From: Octopus vulgaris
Lineage: Eukaryota
Length of the DNA: 64,000 nucleotides
Direction of reading: 5' to 3'
Assembly: GCA_951406725.2 (NCBI GenBank)
Contig: OX597826.1
Span: forward strand, 25,792,001-25,856,000
Shown piece by piece: positions 29,269 through 44,285 of the stretch. The notes under the pieces were generated by a model. The model was given only the letters and a program-made list of their open reading frames with translations, had not been told where the DNA came from and did not search any database. Positions within the stretch are counted from its first letter, which is position 1. Each line of letters starts with the position of its first letter. The position numbers were made by a program, and so were the translations under genes.

Positions 29269-29966
29269 TACATACAAATATATATAAATATGTCTGTATT
29301 TCAGTATGTGTCAATGTATGTATGTACATATGTCCGCGTATGCATGTATACTCGTACATTTACGCATATGCATTATGTGTGTGTGTATGTATAAGTGTGC
29401 GTGTATGTGTGTGTGTGCATGTATATGTGTGTGTGTATGTGTGTGTGTATGTATGTATAATGTGATATATATATATACCGCTTGATGGTGTTGTCTTGTT
29501 GCTCTTATATTTTGATTGTTGTTGTTGTCGTTGTTGTTTCAGTAATAGACTCTTTGTTTGTTTTTTTTTTATATTTTCGTTTATTTATTTATTTTTTTAC
29601 CTGATCATTTTAAACAGTAAAATAGATTGGAAAACAAAGATGTTGAAACAAAGAGAAAAAAGAACGACAAAACAAAAACAAAAAGCAATAAGCAAAAGAA
29701 ATGTCAATTAGAACATACACACATGCACACACACGCACACATACATACACATGCACAGCCACACACCCACGCGTAGACACTGACATACTTATACATTCAT
29801 ACATACAACCATCACACTCACATATACCCCCTCCCTCCTAGACACAAATATATTCACATACGACCAGACGCGGAATGAACAACGACAGTAAATCTCAATA
29901 CAGTAAAGTCACAAACACACACACACACACACATGCACACACACAAACACACCAACACACACACAC

Positions 29967-30042
<76 letters not shown>

Positions 30043-30593
30043 TCTCTTCTGTTTTCCACGTACTTCTCAATCCCCCCTCTCTCTCTCTCTCTCTCAAATA
30101 CACACACACACAAACATACAAAAACGCACACATGCAAACACACACACACACACACAAACACACTGAAAGACATGAACTCACACACACATGCACACACACA
30201 CACTGTCTCTTCTGTTTTCCACCTACTCTCTCTCTCTCAATCTCTCCCTCTCTCTCTCACTCTCTCTCTTACACATACACATACACACACACACACTCTC
30301 TCTTTCTTTCTTTCTCGCACTCTCTGTCACACAAACGATATAAAATATGGCGACTAAACTACTCCTTCTTTCATGAAGATGTGTTGATATTTTTCTGATG
30401 TACACCTTTATACATTTATTATTATATTTCATTTGTTTCAGTCATTGGGCTGCGTCCATGCTGGGGCGCCGCTGCAGCGCCGCCTTTATGGGGTTTTGTC
30501 GAAAAAATCCACCCCAGTAAGTATGTTGTTTTTCTAAGTCCACTTGTGGTTCTAATGCTACCTGAGGGCGAACTGCTAAGTTACGGAGACGTG

Positions 30594-30696
<103 letters not shown>

Positions 30697-30734
30697 CTAT
30701 CTGCCTGTCTATCTATCTGTTTTGCCTACCTACA

Positions 30735-33305
30735 CAGCCTACCACGACTCTCGACAAGAGAGGCAGGGTGCTGCGAAGGTGCCATCACGGCGGCGGAAGT
30801 GCAGGACGCGATGGCAGAATGCTCGAGGGAGAAATCACCGGGTTTGGATGGTCTACCCTATGAGCTTTACAATTGTATGCCAGACTTGTTTGGAGATGTC
30901 TTGGCGGCGGTGTACTGCAACTGGCAGCAAAACGGGAGCATTCCTGGTTTTGTGAGCCGAGGAGCCGTAACACTGCTGAAGAAAGATCTAAACAAGGGAA
31001 ATGTAATAGATAACTTTAGGCCCATCACTCTCCTTAATGCAGACCTGAAAATTTTGGCCAAGGTGCTAGCCAAGAGGTTGGCGCTTGTCACCAAGAAACT
31101 GGTCGACAAGGCGCAAACATGCGCCGTGCCGGGCCGGACCATCCATGACAACCTCCACCTGATGCGCTACATCATAGACAGGGTAGTTAACGAACCTGGC
31201 ATGAGTGGGGCGCTGATCAATTTGGATCAATCGAAAGCTTTCGATAGGGTAGACCATCGATACTTGGAGGCAGTCCTTAGAGCGGCTGGCTTCGGGCCCG
31301 TATTCCGCGGCTTTGTACAGAGGCATCCGTTCGGTAATTCGCGTAAATGGACATCTATCGAGACCTTTCGACATCGCACGTTCGGTCCGTCAGGGATGCC
31401 CCCTCTCATCGCTTCTATACATATTGACTCTCGAGCCATTATTGCGGAAGCTGGCAACTTTGAGGGGCATCCCGCGAGAACTGGGATGCGGAACGAGCGT
31501 GTCTGCATACGCGGACGACGTCACTGTCATAGTGTCTAGCCACGAGCACATCGAGCAGGTCGGCGAGACACTGAAAAACTACGAAGCGGTGACAGGAGCG
31601 AAAATCAACCGGGAAAAGTCAGTGGGCTTGCGATTAGGCACCTGGATAGCAAGCCCATGCCGTCCACCAGCGCCTCCGTCGTGGGACGCTGGACCGACGG
31701 CCCGGTCGAGTTGCTCGAGGTCTGGTTTGGTCCGGACCTCCAAGTGGAGAAGAACTGGAATGAGATAACGAGTAGGGTGGTCACTCTCGCCCGGCAATGG
31801 GCCGAGAGGAAACTGTCCCTAAAAGGTCGGGCGGAGGTGGCGAACACGTACATCGCGTCCGTCATCTACTACCGCCTGACCGTCGTGCCTTGTCCCGACC
31901 CTACCATCACCAAACTAGAACGCATTCTCTTTCGCTTCTTGTGGAAAGGATGCGTCCCGATGGTCAGACGATCCATTTGCTGTCAACACCCGTTAAAAGG
32001 AGAACTGGGCATGCCGTGGTTCATGATGCGCAGACACGCGCTGAGACTGCGACATCTCAGGCTCTTCGTAGACGACGGTGAACAGGTGTGGTCGCCGTTT
32101 GTGAGGCACGCTTTCCCGCAGCTCGTCACCATGACCGAACTGCAGTCGTGGATCAAAAAAAGGTCGAGGAAGGGCGAATGGCACCGCGAATGTCGCGTTG
32201 CTCTCAAGCAACTCTGCCGTCCTGGGTCGACCTTGAGTGACTTCATCACAACCAAAGCATTCTATAGGGGATTAGTGGAGGGGAGGTACGACGACGAGCT
32301 TGGGGCGAACCTGGACGTCGACGAGGAGTACCTGACCCGCCTGTTCGGGACGACTTTCGGGCCAGGGCCCATGGACAACTTCCAGAGATCCCTGGCCTGG
32401 CAGTTCTACCGAGAAGCGCTACCCGTTCAGGATAAGCTCTACAGACACGGCTCGAGAAACACGGGGCCGACCTGCCCGAGATGCGGTTAGAGTGACGAAA
32501 CCGTTCTGCACGCAATCGTGCAGTGTCCAACAATTTCCGACCTGTGGGCTTATGTCGAACAACTGCTGTCACGTGTGGGACGAGTCGGTTTATCAGCTGA
32601 GTCTATCGTCAATATTGTCACTCCTCCTTCCTTCAAACGGGAAGGAAGAGCTATTTTCATCATCCTTGTGGCTATGGCGAAAGAATGTATCTGGTGGACG
32701 CGTCTGAAAGGATTGGAGACAAACACTTTCCTCTCTGGTCAATCTCTCATCAACTTCTTCAAGTACCACTTGAAAAGGAAAGTGAGAGTAGAGAGGCAAG
32801 ATTTGTCTAGCGAATGTTTTAAAAGAAGATGGGTGAATGTAGCAAGGATGGCATGTATGAATGACGAAGCCACCTTGAGCATAATCCTTTGAACCCAGAA
32901 ATTGAAAACAGAGGGTTACCCACTTGCAAACGAATGTGGTAACATATAACAATATTGAAGTCTTTTTCGTAGGCTTTTCTTCCCACGGATAAACCTTACT
33001 TGCTTTCCCCTTTACACCATACATCATAACACTGTGATACACGATCCCTATTGATCGTTTTTTTTCCTCTTCCCCTTTTCCCCCCCTTTTTTTCTTCTTT
33101 TTTCATTTATCTTTTCTTTTGTTCCTTTTCCTTTTCTTCTTTTTTTATTTTTTGTTCTTTTTTTCCCTTTTATGATCCCTTTTGATCGAAAACATACGCC
33201 ACCTTTTTTTTGTTCCTTTTTTTTTTTTTTTTCATCCCCCCAAAGAAAAGCTCTACCTTGTAACTTGTCCCATCTGTGTGCAGTCCTGTGTGGCCAATAA
33301 AGAAA
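30735..33305 (+). mobile_element. young 5'-truncated Tx1-type (L1 clade) LINE: RT, C-terminal zinc knuckle, pyrimidine-rich 3'UTR, AATAAA
   Basis: KSPGLDG, NFRPITLLNADLKILAKVLAKRL, LDQSKAFDRVDH, VRQGCPLS, AYADD, CPRCG..ETVLHAIVQC. About 2 frameshifts and 1 stop. AATAAA at 33296. Confidence 0.95.
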
Positions 33306-33345
33306 CTTATCTGTTTGTTTGTATGTATGTCCGTCCGTCCGTCAA

Positions 33346-33444
<99 letters not shown>

Positions 33445-33469
33445 GTTTGTATATATGTCCGTCTGGCTG

Positions 33470-33505
<36 letters not shown>

Positions 33506-34069
33506 ATTGTCTGTCTGTCTGTCTGTCTATCTTTCTCTCTATCTCTATCTCTCTCCCTCTCTTTTTCTCCTTCTCTCCCTCTCTCTCCCACTCACTTTCT
33601 CTCTTTCTCTCCCTCTTGTCTCTCTCTCTCCCTCTCCTTCTCTCTTTCTCTCTCTCTCCCTCTCTCTCCCTCTCTCCCTCTCTCTCCACACACACGAATG
33701 TTTTTATGTTGAATCCACAAATATTTCAACAATGACATAAAATGTTCATTCTTAATTCGTTCCGGGATTTTGCTTGCTTTACACTGATTGGATATCACCG
33801 GCAGACAAAAGATAGAGAATGTATGTAGATTTGTGCTAGTGTTTATGTATGTGTGTGTTGTGTGTGTTATTCTGTGGATGTTTCTTTGAATTTGCATGCG
33901 TGTATGTAAGGGTGTGTGGCAATTTACTTGTCTGTGGGTTTGTGTGCGTGATTTTTGTTATTTGTATCATATTGTTTTCTTTTTTACCTGATTTTATTTA
34001 ATTTATTTTTTGTAAGGTGTGCAGCCGAAAGTTAAACAGCTGAGAAGGAAGACAACAACAGCTTGAACC

Positions 34070-34102
<33 letters not shown>

Positions 34103-34247
34103 TGTATGTATGTATGTATGTATGTGTGTATGTATGTCAACAATGCTATTTTGTATGTAATTTTGTACATCTGCGCGCATGTATCAGGGGTTGTATTTAA
34201 TTATATATACATGTGTATGCATAAACATGTCTGTTTGTAAGTGTGTA

Positions 34248-34308
<61 letters not shown>

Positions 34309-35129
34309 CCCGTTCTGTCTGGGTTTTTTTTGTGCGCTTATAACTCGAGTATTGTTCATCCGATCGCGCTGAAGTTTTAAACATGGATACATGTGTTCCG
34401 TAATCTAAAAAGATTTTCAAAATTGTCAATTTCAAGGTGAGAATCGCTATTTTTGTAATCCTTATGGCCTGTCCATCGGATGATTAAAACTTCTATTTTT
34501 ATTTTTATACGAAACTACTGTCACATATCTCGTTGTTCTTACCACTACGTCAGTGAAAATCGAAATAAAATACTTAAAACAACAGTCGTCAAATGCAAAA
34601 GCCAAAGAACAGTTAATTGTTTAATTATCACTTGCAATATTCACTTTGGAGATAAAACAGCATGCAGTCTGGCGTATAGTTGTCAACATGAGGTATGTAC
34701 TATGGGAGAGTACATTGTGCCTATCCTAATGTGAAAGTATTTGAATGCAAAAAGTTTAAGGTCAGTTATGATGTCTGATTCCACTAGAAGTTGTACATAT
34801 TGTTGGCTGAACAGTTTTCCTTCATTTCATTGGCCTCATGACAATTTTGAAAAGGTTCACTGTGTTAAGATTCGCTATCAGTTTTTCATATTCTGAAGAA
34901 ACAGACAACAGTTTTAACATCGCAGGAACCTTTAATGTAACAACCCCATACAATCACCAAACATCTCCACAACTTCATCTAAATTATTAGATAGCTGAAA
35001 AAACTTAGCTTGGTACTGTAGGTTTCAAGTAACAAGCTCGTTACGCTCGCAAGACTTCAGAAGTTCCTGCAAAACCTGAGTTTGAAAAAATAATAACAAA
35101 ATTGTGGGCCGAAACTTTTAACCATTATG

Positions 35130-35163
<34 letters not shown>

Positions 35164-35185
35164 TGTATGTATGTATGTATGTATG

Positions 35186-35235
<50 letters not shown>

Positions 35236-35329
35236 CATGCACACACACATATGTCTATACACATATGTATAGTTATCTAAATAACTCCAAGACAAAAAAA
35301 AAGCAATAGCACGCTCACGGGAGGAGTAA

Positions 35330-36246
35330 CAGTAAGTCTTGCAGAAGATTTTCGCCAAACGTTGCCAGTTATCCCCAAGGATCAAAAGCAGATGAGATCA
35401 ATGCATTCTCCAAAAAAATCGTACCTTTAGAGACGTGAAAAATCTTCATCTTACAAGCAACATCAGAGTACTCCTACAAGGTGAACATACGAGCTTTTTA
35501 ATATCAGTAATGGGATATTAACATACAACTCAAAACTTCAGCTACATGAAATTACATGCGGTCAAATGATACTTTCTGTTACGGATCTTATGGTTAAAGT
35601 ATTTCCTTATTTATCTATTAATTACACTTATGTAATCTGGCTGTGTGAAAAAGACAAACTGGCTCCAACTATTGAAATGGTTGATAAACTCTATCATGAA
35701 TTTCTTCAAAAGTTAACAGATACATCAGAAATGACTTTTCAATCAATCAATAACAGTCGACCAAGACAGGTTATTCAATATCCTGTTGAATTTCTGAACA
35801 CATTTAAACTCACTGGGACACCACCGCATAACTTGACACTAAAACACTCCCATTATGTTGCTTAGGAATCTTGACCCATCTCACCTGTGTTAATGGAACT
35901 CACTTAATTGTTACTTCCACAAAGACCCATGTCCTACAGACAACAGTCATAACAGGTAGTCATTAAGGAGGAAATGTCTTTATTCCCAAAATTCCTCTCA
36001 TACTTACAGATGGTCCATTTGAATATAAGAGGCTTCATTTTCCAGTCAAACTAAGTTTTGGCATTTCAGTTAACAAATCTCAGGGTCAATCCCTCAAGGT
36101 AGCTGGACTTGATCTCTCTATATGCTTCTCATGGTCAACTCTATGTTGCTTGCTCACGAGTTAGAAGCAGCAACAGTTTATTAATTTTGACACTAACAGA
36201 AATTACACAATGAATATTGTTTACCCCGAGGTGCTTCAACATTGAC
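35330..36246 (+). pseudogene. Helitron Pif1-like helicase C-terminal part
   Basis: DFRQTLPVIP, YPVEFLN..G.PPHNLTLK, LRNLDP.LCNGT, FPVKLSFGISVNKSQGQSL, SHGQLYVACSRV, frameshifted. Confidence 0.9.
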
Positions 36247-36374
36247 AGATTTTCAGTTAGAAAGTATATTATCATTACAATTTGGATATTGTTAAAATAA
36301 AATATAGGTATCTTGAAATAATTATGAGGATGTATCTTTATATTTACTGTTTATTAATATTTTATTTTACCTTT

Positions 36375-36765
36375 TACCTTTTACTTGTGTCAGTCATTTG
36401 ACTGCGGCCATGCTGGTGCACCGCCTTTAGTCGAGCAAATCGACCCCAGGACTTATTCTTTGTAAACCTAGTACTTATTCTATTGGTCTCTTCTGCCGAA
36501 CCGCTAAGTTACGGGGACGTAAACACAACATCATCGGTTGTCAAGCGATGTTGGGGGACAAAGAGAGACACGCATACACACATATATATATACATATATA
36601 CGACGTGTTTCTTTCAGTTTCCGTCTACGAAATCCACTCACAAGGCTTTGGTCGGCCCGAGGCTATAGTAGAAGACACTTGCCCAAGGTGCCACGCAGTG
36701 GGAATGTTCCTGGAACCATGTGGTTGGTAAGCATGCTACTTACCACACAGCCACTCCTACGCCTA
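36375..36765 (-). mobile_element. full-length SINE family A nested in the Helitron 3' end
   Basis: Reverse complement of 22800-23203. Confidence 0.9.
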
Positions 36766-37506
36766 TGAAGAAGAACAGCAGTTACCCGGGAAACGCCGGG
36801 TCATTCAGCTAGTGTTTGTGTGTGTTGAGCGGGTAGAGAAAATATAATACAAATAACCATGTCTTATCATATATAAATTCTTGTTATAATGTATATGTGC
36901 CTCTGTGTATGTGTGTGTGAGTGTGTGCATGTGTGTGTATGTGCATTTCTGTGTATATATACGTGTCTGTAAAAAAGCACACATCGATGCGCCAAACATA
37001 CAGACACACACACTTATACATGTGCAGACATGTAGATATAATTAACTCATTAATGAGACATTGAGACGCAGCGGCGCACCAGACTGACGGCTCAATTAGT
37101 GGTTTGTAGTTGATTAAGCGTACGCACAGACACACATGCGAACACGCACCCTCTCACATACATACATACATACATACATACATACATACATACATACACA
37201 CGTCATCGCATACACACACACTCTTTCTCACACAAATGTTCACACATAAACGTGCGCATGTGTGTGTGTATGTATGTGCGTATGTGTGTTTGCCAGTGTG
37301 TGTGTGTATGTACGTGCGTATGAGTATGTATATATGCGCGCATATATGCATCTATGCTTGTGTACGTTTTTGCTTATACATTTGCGAGTGTTATAGCTAA
37401 TGCGTATATAGATTTAAATTTGATATATACAAACATGCATACATATATCTGTCTGTCAGTCTGTATGTATATATGTATGTATGTATTTATATACATACAA
37501 ATATGT

Positions 37507-37552
<46 letters not shown>

Positions 37553-38014
37553 TGTATAGGAGTGTGTGTATGTACACACACACACATATATATATTCATA
37601 CATACACAATACGCGTACACGCATGTTAACTGTGTGTACGCAGGTGCGTGCGGGCGTGTGTGCTGGGATATAGAAGTGGGTGCGAAAATGTTTTTTGTCG
37701 CCAGAAGGGTCGCAAACAGCGACATAATTCTGTGAAGCGACAGGGTGAATCATCAGCCATTAACGGTTGTATGTTATGTCACATTATATAACCTTCGTTT
37801 GCTCGAAGAGCATCAGTGCAGTATGAGTTCCAGAAAGGGTATCATTTTCAGTCAAATTTCACCCTTCTTCGCTGGCGACAACGATCTCGGTCAAGGTTAC
37901 TCGCACTGTTCTTTACCACGCCTTTACTGATTCTATTTCTCCATTCGCCTTCAGCTGTCCACTCTACGGCTGTCCTTGGTTTCTCCAATGGTCAGTGCAA
38001 TTCGTGGGTTGGTT

Positions 38015-38114
38015 CAAAATGCTTCATATTTGGTTGATTAAAACTGTAACGGCAAGCATTTATTGACCCTTTTCTTTCCTTTAAAAATCGGCACGAACTT
38101 TCCGGACAACCCAA
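38015..38114 (+). mobile_element. mariner 3' end/TIR, same family as 20585-21076
   Basis: Reverse complement of 20585-20685, followed by TA. Confidence 0.85.
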
Positions 38115-38778
38115 TATTAGAATATCTTCGGACTATATTCTCAGAAGCAGCAATGCCAACGAACCCGGTACCACGTGAATATGGAGCGAATTCGTAACCA
38201 TTTCGGTGTTGCTTGTACCCTAGCTAAACTAAAAGGCAGCAACAAGAAAAACAGCAAAAGTTGGTATTCTGCTACTTTAAGAAGCGACAACTGGATGTCG
38301 TTGACCTCGGTTATTCAGAACGTTTGCCGTTTGTTTTGCATTTTTTTATGTCAGATAATTGTTTGTCGAGTGTAATCTTAGCCGTGTATTCGTGAGAAGA
38401 CAAAGCCAATGAAATGTTGTTGTTTATGGCAGATTAAGCGAAAACACGCACACAGGCACAAACACACACATACACACATGCGCGGGCGCACGTACTTGCA
38501 CACATACATAGACATATATGTATATGTGCAAACATATATATATATATATATAATATATATATACATACATATGTATGTACATATATGTGTATATGTGTGA
38601 AAAAATAGATAGATATACAGAGAAAGAGAGAGGGAGAGAGAAAGAGAGAAAACAAGAGAGAGAGAGAGAGAGAGGGAGAAAGAGAGGCGCATCCATATCA
38701 GGCATGGAATAACTCTTGCTTTTGTCTCCTCGCTCTATTTCTTTTCTTTCATTTTTCTCTGTCTGTCTGACTGTATGC

Positions 38779-38840
<62 letters not shown>

Positions 38841-39074
38841 ACACACACACATGTATATACATATGTATATATAATATATATATATGTATATATATATTCT
38901 TTTATTTTTATTTATTTCATTCATTTGACTGCAGCCATGCTGGAGCACCGCCTTTAGTCGAGCAAATCTATCGGTCTCTTCCCAAACCACTCGGTGACGG
39001 GGACGTAAACACATTAGCATCGGTTGTCAAGCGATGTTTGGGGACAAACAGGCACACAACCATACATACATACA

Positions 39075-39110
<36 letters not shown>

Positions 39111-39332
39111 TATGTATATACGACAGGCTTCTTTCAGTTTCCGTCTACCAAATCCACTCACAAGGCTTTGGTCGGCCCGAGAATATAGTAAAGGACACTT
39201 GTCCAAGTTGTCAGGCAGTGGGTCTGAACCCGGAACCATGTGGTTGGTAAGAAAGCTACTTACCACACAGTATGTATATACACACATACATGTATATATA
39301 CATGCTTACATACTTATGTTATCGAAAAACTA

Positions 39333-39895
39333 AATATATAATGCCATTCGGAAAGAAAACTGTAAAAGTGTCCTAAGTATAGAGAATCCCTCTGTTATTG
39401 AATACGTACACAAATATCAGCTCAAGACAGACTGGTGGAACATTCCCATTAAAGTATCTGTCAAGTGTAAGCATAACAGATCGGATATTGTTGTTTGGGA
39501 CAGACAAGAGAAAGTATGTACCGTCATGGTGGTCAGTTGTCCTGCTGATGTGAATGTCTCTTTGAAGATCAAAGAGAAAAATATAACTATGACAACTGGT
39601 TCAAAACCTCCATCTTCTGTATCCGGATTACAAATTTAATATTTATACCAATAATAATTGGTGCACTTGGTTTTGTAAGTAAATGCCTAACTGCCTGTCT
39701 GAAATAAGGTTGGATTTTCAGAAAAATAAATCGACCAACTGATTCACACATTGCAAATGCAATCTGTAAGTGGAACAGTAAAACTATGCAAGACTTTTCT
39801 CAGGTTTTAAATGTGACATTATTTTCATTATCTACATTCCAAAGATGGAACTTTTGTATCTTTGTTAGAAACCAGCTCCTTCTTCAGAGGAAGAA
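39333..39895 (+). mobile_element. 3' fragment of an RLE-type (R4/Dong-like) LINE
   Basis: WWNIPIK..KHNRSDIVVWDRQEK.C..VSCPAD, FIPIIIGALG, GTVKLCKTFLRF*. Confidence 0.85.
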
Positions 39896-40373
39896 TTTAA
39901 ATGATTAAAAACAGATGTGACATACATATATACACACATCCTTGGTAGACGAAACTTTCTCCCTGTTGGTGTCCAGTGAGAACTCCAGGCTCATTTCCGC
40001 CTTTTGAGGCCTCTTCAGTGGTGCCTACTTGGTGCCATTCACATGGTCGGAGAGAAATTCGTCGCCTATAAAATAGGAGACAGCAGAAAAAAAAAAGAAA
40101 AAAGGAAAAAAAAAAAACCAAAACATTCACTGGTATTTCGAATAGCCCTGCATGTATGTAGCTAAAGGTATGTACGCGCTATTGGTCAAAGCCCTGAAGG
40201 CCGAAAAGCACCTTGCGTTCTCGCTAGCTACAGCCGCTCGGATGAATTTTCGCCTTCCTATGATATGTATTTCGCTTCTAACATGGTACGTCCATAAAAG
40301 ATGTTATATCAGGACAAATATGGCAGCAACTGGCCTATCGACAGTGCATATATTAAGTATGATACATAGATGA

Positions 40374-40455
<82 letters not shown>

Positions 40456-41038
40456 AGTGGACAGCTAACCAAAAAGAAAAAAAAAGAAAAAAAAAGCACA
40501 CATCGATGCGCCAAACCTCAGCTGTTATTAAGTGAAAATGGTTTACTGAAAAACCGGCACTTTGACTTGTTTAAAGTGGTCATTGCTTGTGCTGAACAAA
40601 GCACACTCTCTCCATCGAATTAACATGGTCTGTACAGGTGCACGGTGTGCCACACGTCAGATGATAAAACGATCGCAGGATTTTCTTGTCAGAGTGTTCC
40701 GTCTCCTAGATCAGTTGTGAGAATCAACACTAAAGGGTCTGATCCACCCTGGTAGGCTTTCTGCGCGCCTGGGCACCATACCAGGTATTTCTAGGTCCTC
40801 GCACATTTCTTGAATGGCCGTTGACTCTCAAGAGTTCCTTCGCCCTTTGACGGGTTTTGTTTTTCATCCCGCGGGGTGTCCAATAAACACCCTCCTCACC
40901 AAGCAAGCTTGGTGGGGTTGCCGGTTTAGTCGCCGACGGCCCGACCATGCAACAGGTTGTACTGGGTTACATGTTACCAGTAGCACACAAAAGTGACCTG
41001 ACATAATATATATATATATATATCTTTATGTATGTATA

Positions 41039-41103
<65 letters not shown>

Positions 41104-41850
41104 ATGCATACATATATACATACTTATACGCATGCATATGTATATATAATGCATATTCAGATATATGTGTGCATGTACATGTATGCATATTCATGTATGT
41201 ATACATTTTTGTACACACATGTACACGCACACAAACACAGCACACACACACACACACACACGCATACACACACACATACACATGTGCGCGTGCTTTTGTA
41301 TATGGTGTACGTATGCATAAATTTGTTAGCTTTTGTCGTTGCTGAATTTTATGTTTTTTTTTGTTTTCCGTTTTTTTAAAAATTGTTACTTTGTATATTT
41401 GTCGTGTGTTGTCGTCGTTGCCATCATGGCGACGCTGCTGCTGATGACAAGGATGATGGTGATGATGCTGATGACGATGATGATGATGATGACGATGACG
41501 ACGACGACCATGATGCTGTGGTCGTCGTAGTCGCCGTCGTCGTCGTAGTCGCCATCGTCGTCGTAGTCGCCGCAGTCGTCGCTACCACTACTGCGACAAG
41601 CGATAACGCAGACAACGGTGGCGTGGTTTCGGGTTGTTAACTTTGTTCTAAATATGAACACGTGACAATGAAAGCTAATCATACATCACAAGTTGTGTTG
41701 TTAGCGTGATGTTTGCTTAAGACAGGATTAAGTGGAAGGGAGGGAGGGGTGAGAGAGAGAGAGAGTGAGAGAAAGAAAGAGAGAAGTGGAAGAGGCTGGG
41801 GGTAATACTAGAAAGACGAAGTACCAGAGAGAGAATGACACGACGACACA

Positions 41851-41956
<106 letters not shown>

Positions 41957-41985
41957 AAGAGAGAGGAAGAGAGAAAGTGAGAGAA

Positions 41986-42048
<63 letters not shown>

Positions 42049-42499
42049 GATAGAGAGAGAGAAAGAGAAAGAGAGAAAGAGAAGAATGAGGCAGACAAGA
42101 AAAATTGCAGAAAAGTGCAAAGGATGCTGGAGCAAATGACTGCTGGCTTTGTTTTTTTTTTTACTTGGTTAAGATAAAAAAATTATCGCCAAATCGCCCC
42201 GGAGCCCTCTTTGAAATATATTCTTTTATTCTTTTATCTGTTTCAGTCATTTGACTGCAGCCATGCTGGAGCAACGCCTTTAGTCGAGCAAATCGACCCC
42301 AGGACTTATTCTTTGTAAGCCTAGTTCTTATTCTATCGGTCTCTGTTGCCGAACTACTAATGCTACAGGGACGTAAACACACCAGCATCGGTTGTCAAGC
42401 GATGGTGGTGGGCAAACACAGACACAAATAACAAACACACACATACATATATATATATATATGCATACATACATACATATATATATATACACACCCATA

Positions 42500-42574
<75 letters not shown>

Positions 42575-42909
42575 GACGGACTTCTTTCAGTTTCCGTCTA
42601 CCAAATCCACTCACACACACATATATAGAAAGAGAGAGAGAGAGAGGAGAAAAAGAGAGAAACATTGAACGAACGAGCAACGTGAAACTCTTGATAGGTG
42701 ACCTTGACCTTTTTAGTTTGATCACTTACCAGTTGTCGCTATACATTGGACGATCCAGTAGGGTCGAAGCAGCAGTGCTTAGGGTGGTCATAGGGTATCA
42801 GTTAAGCGATGATAAACCCCGAAGAAGGTTACCTGATCCAAATTCATATGCACTCCACTGTTGCAAGATCTGTTTGCATCGCATGAGGTGGAGTTTGTCG
42901 TTCAATCTA

Positions 42910-43200
42910 GCACTTGGTCGGTTACGACGCCGAGGGTTACAGTTGATCCGATCAACGGAACAACCTGCTCGTGAAATTAACATACTAGTGGCTGAGCACT
43001 CCACAGACATGTGTACGATTAGCCATAGTTCTCAGGGAGATTCAGTGCAACAACGAATGTGATAAAGCTGGTCCTTTGAAATACAGGTACTACACATTTT
43101 TGCTAGCTGAGTGGGTTGCAGCAACGCGCGATCGAGAATCGAAATGGTGACCTTACGATCGTGAGCCGAATGCGCTAACCACTAAGCCACGTACCTTCAC
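42910..43200 (-). mobile_element. SINE family C
   Basis: Tail matches 54500-54630, with a tRNA-like head at 43130-43195. Confidence 0.75.
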
Positions 43201-43959
43201 TTGTTGCTTAGAACTCTTTTCTACTCTACGCACAAGGTCCGAATTTTTGGGGGAGTGGGGGGGAGGCAGTCGATTAGATCGACTCCAGTACGTAGCTGGT
43301 ACTTAATTTATCGACTCCGAATGGATGAAAGGCAAAGTCGACCTCGGCGAATAAAATATTCTTTTCTACTCTAGGCATAAAGCCCGAAATTTTGTGGGAG
43401 GGGACCAGTCGATTAGATCGAGGCCAGTCTTCAACTGGTACTTAATTTATCGACCCCAATTAGATGAAAGGCAAAGTCGACCTCAGCGAAATTTGAACTC
43501 AGAACTTGTTGTTTATAACTCTGCCTGTAATCACAGTTACTATTATTGTATCCACTACGGGTGCATCCCATTTGGTAAATAAATCCCTCTGCTTAAATCT
43601 TTATATGTGCGTTTAGCTGTGAAATCGCATGGTTTAATGATTAGGGCGTTCGGCAAATGATCATAAAACCGTCGGTTTAATTCCTGATTCAGGTTGCGCG
43701 TTGTGTTCTTGAGCAGAGCAATTAATTTCACGTTCTTGCAGCCCAGATGTTGATGCAGTTCCATCTCCTTCCGTCTGTCACATCTTAAATATTCTGTTCG
43801 GTCATAGGCTGGAATGTAAAGACGATACCAACGTCTGCTCGCGACTGCTTTGCCACCTCACAGCATCTCTCTCCATCAGTCACATCTTAGATATTTTGCT
43901 GGGTTGAGGTTGAAAAGACCTACAATATGTCTACGTGACCTCGTGACTCATATATTTTA

Positions 43960-44197
43960 TCTTTTGTCTCTTACTCGTTTCTATCATTAGACTACGGCCA
44001 TGCTGGAGTACCGCCCTGAAGAACTTTTGGTCGAATGGTTCAAACCCAATATTTATTTTTATTGTTATTCTGGTACTTATTCTTTTGCCAAACCACTAAG
44101 TTACGGAGACGTAAACACGCCAACACCAGTTCTGAAGCAGTGTTGGAGAACAGACACAGACACAAAGACACAGAGAGAAACACACACATGCACGCAC

Positions 44198-44285
<88 letters not shown>

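Larger units (their letters stand above)
34254..36812 (+). mobile_element. internally deleted Helitron
   Basis: 5' TC followed by (TA)n. Pif1 helicase remnant. 3' hairpin cccgg-gaaacg-ccggg followed by CTAG at 36809-36812. Confidence 0.85.

Noticed and set aside
39985-40021. minus-strand cca-CTGAAGA-ggcc tcaaaa ggcg-GAAA-tgagcc-tgg hammerhead-like string
   Set aside because: Lacks the UH cleavage site and stem III. At best an old relic, not counted.
42729-42792. minus-strand ATG..GTAAGT mini exon (MTTLSTAASTLLDRPMYSDN)
   Set aside because: A single motif coincidence between SINEs, with no supporting evidence
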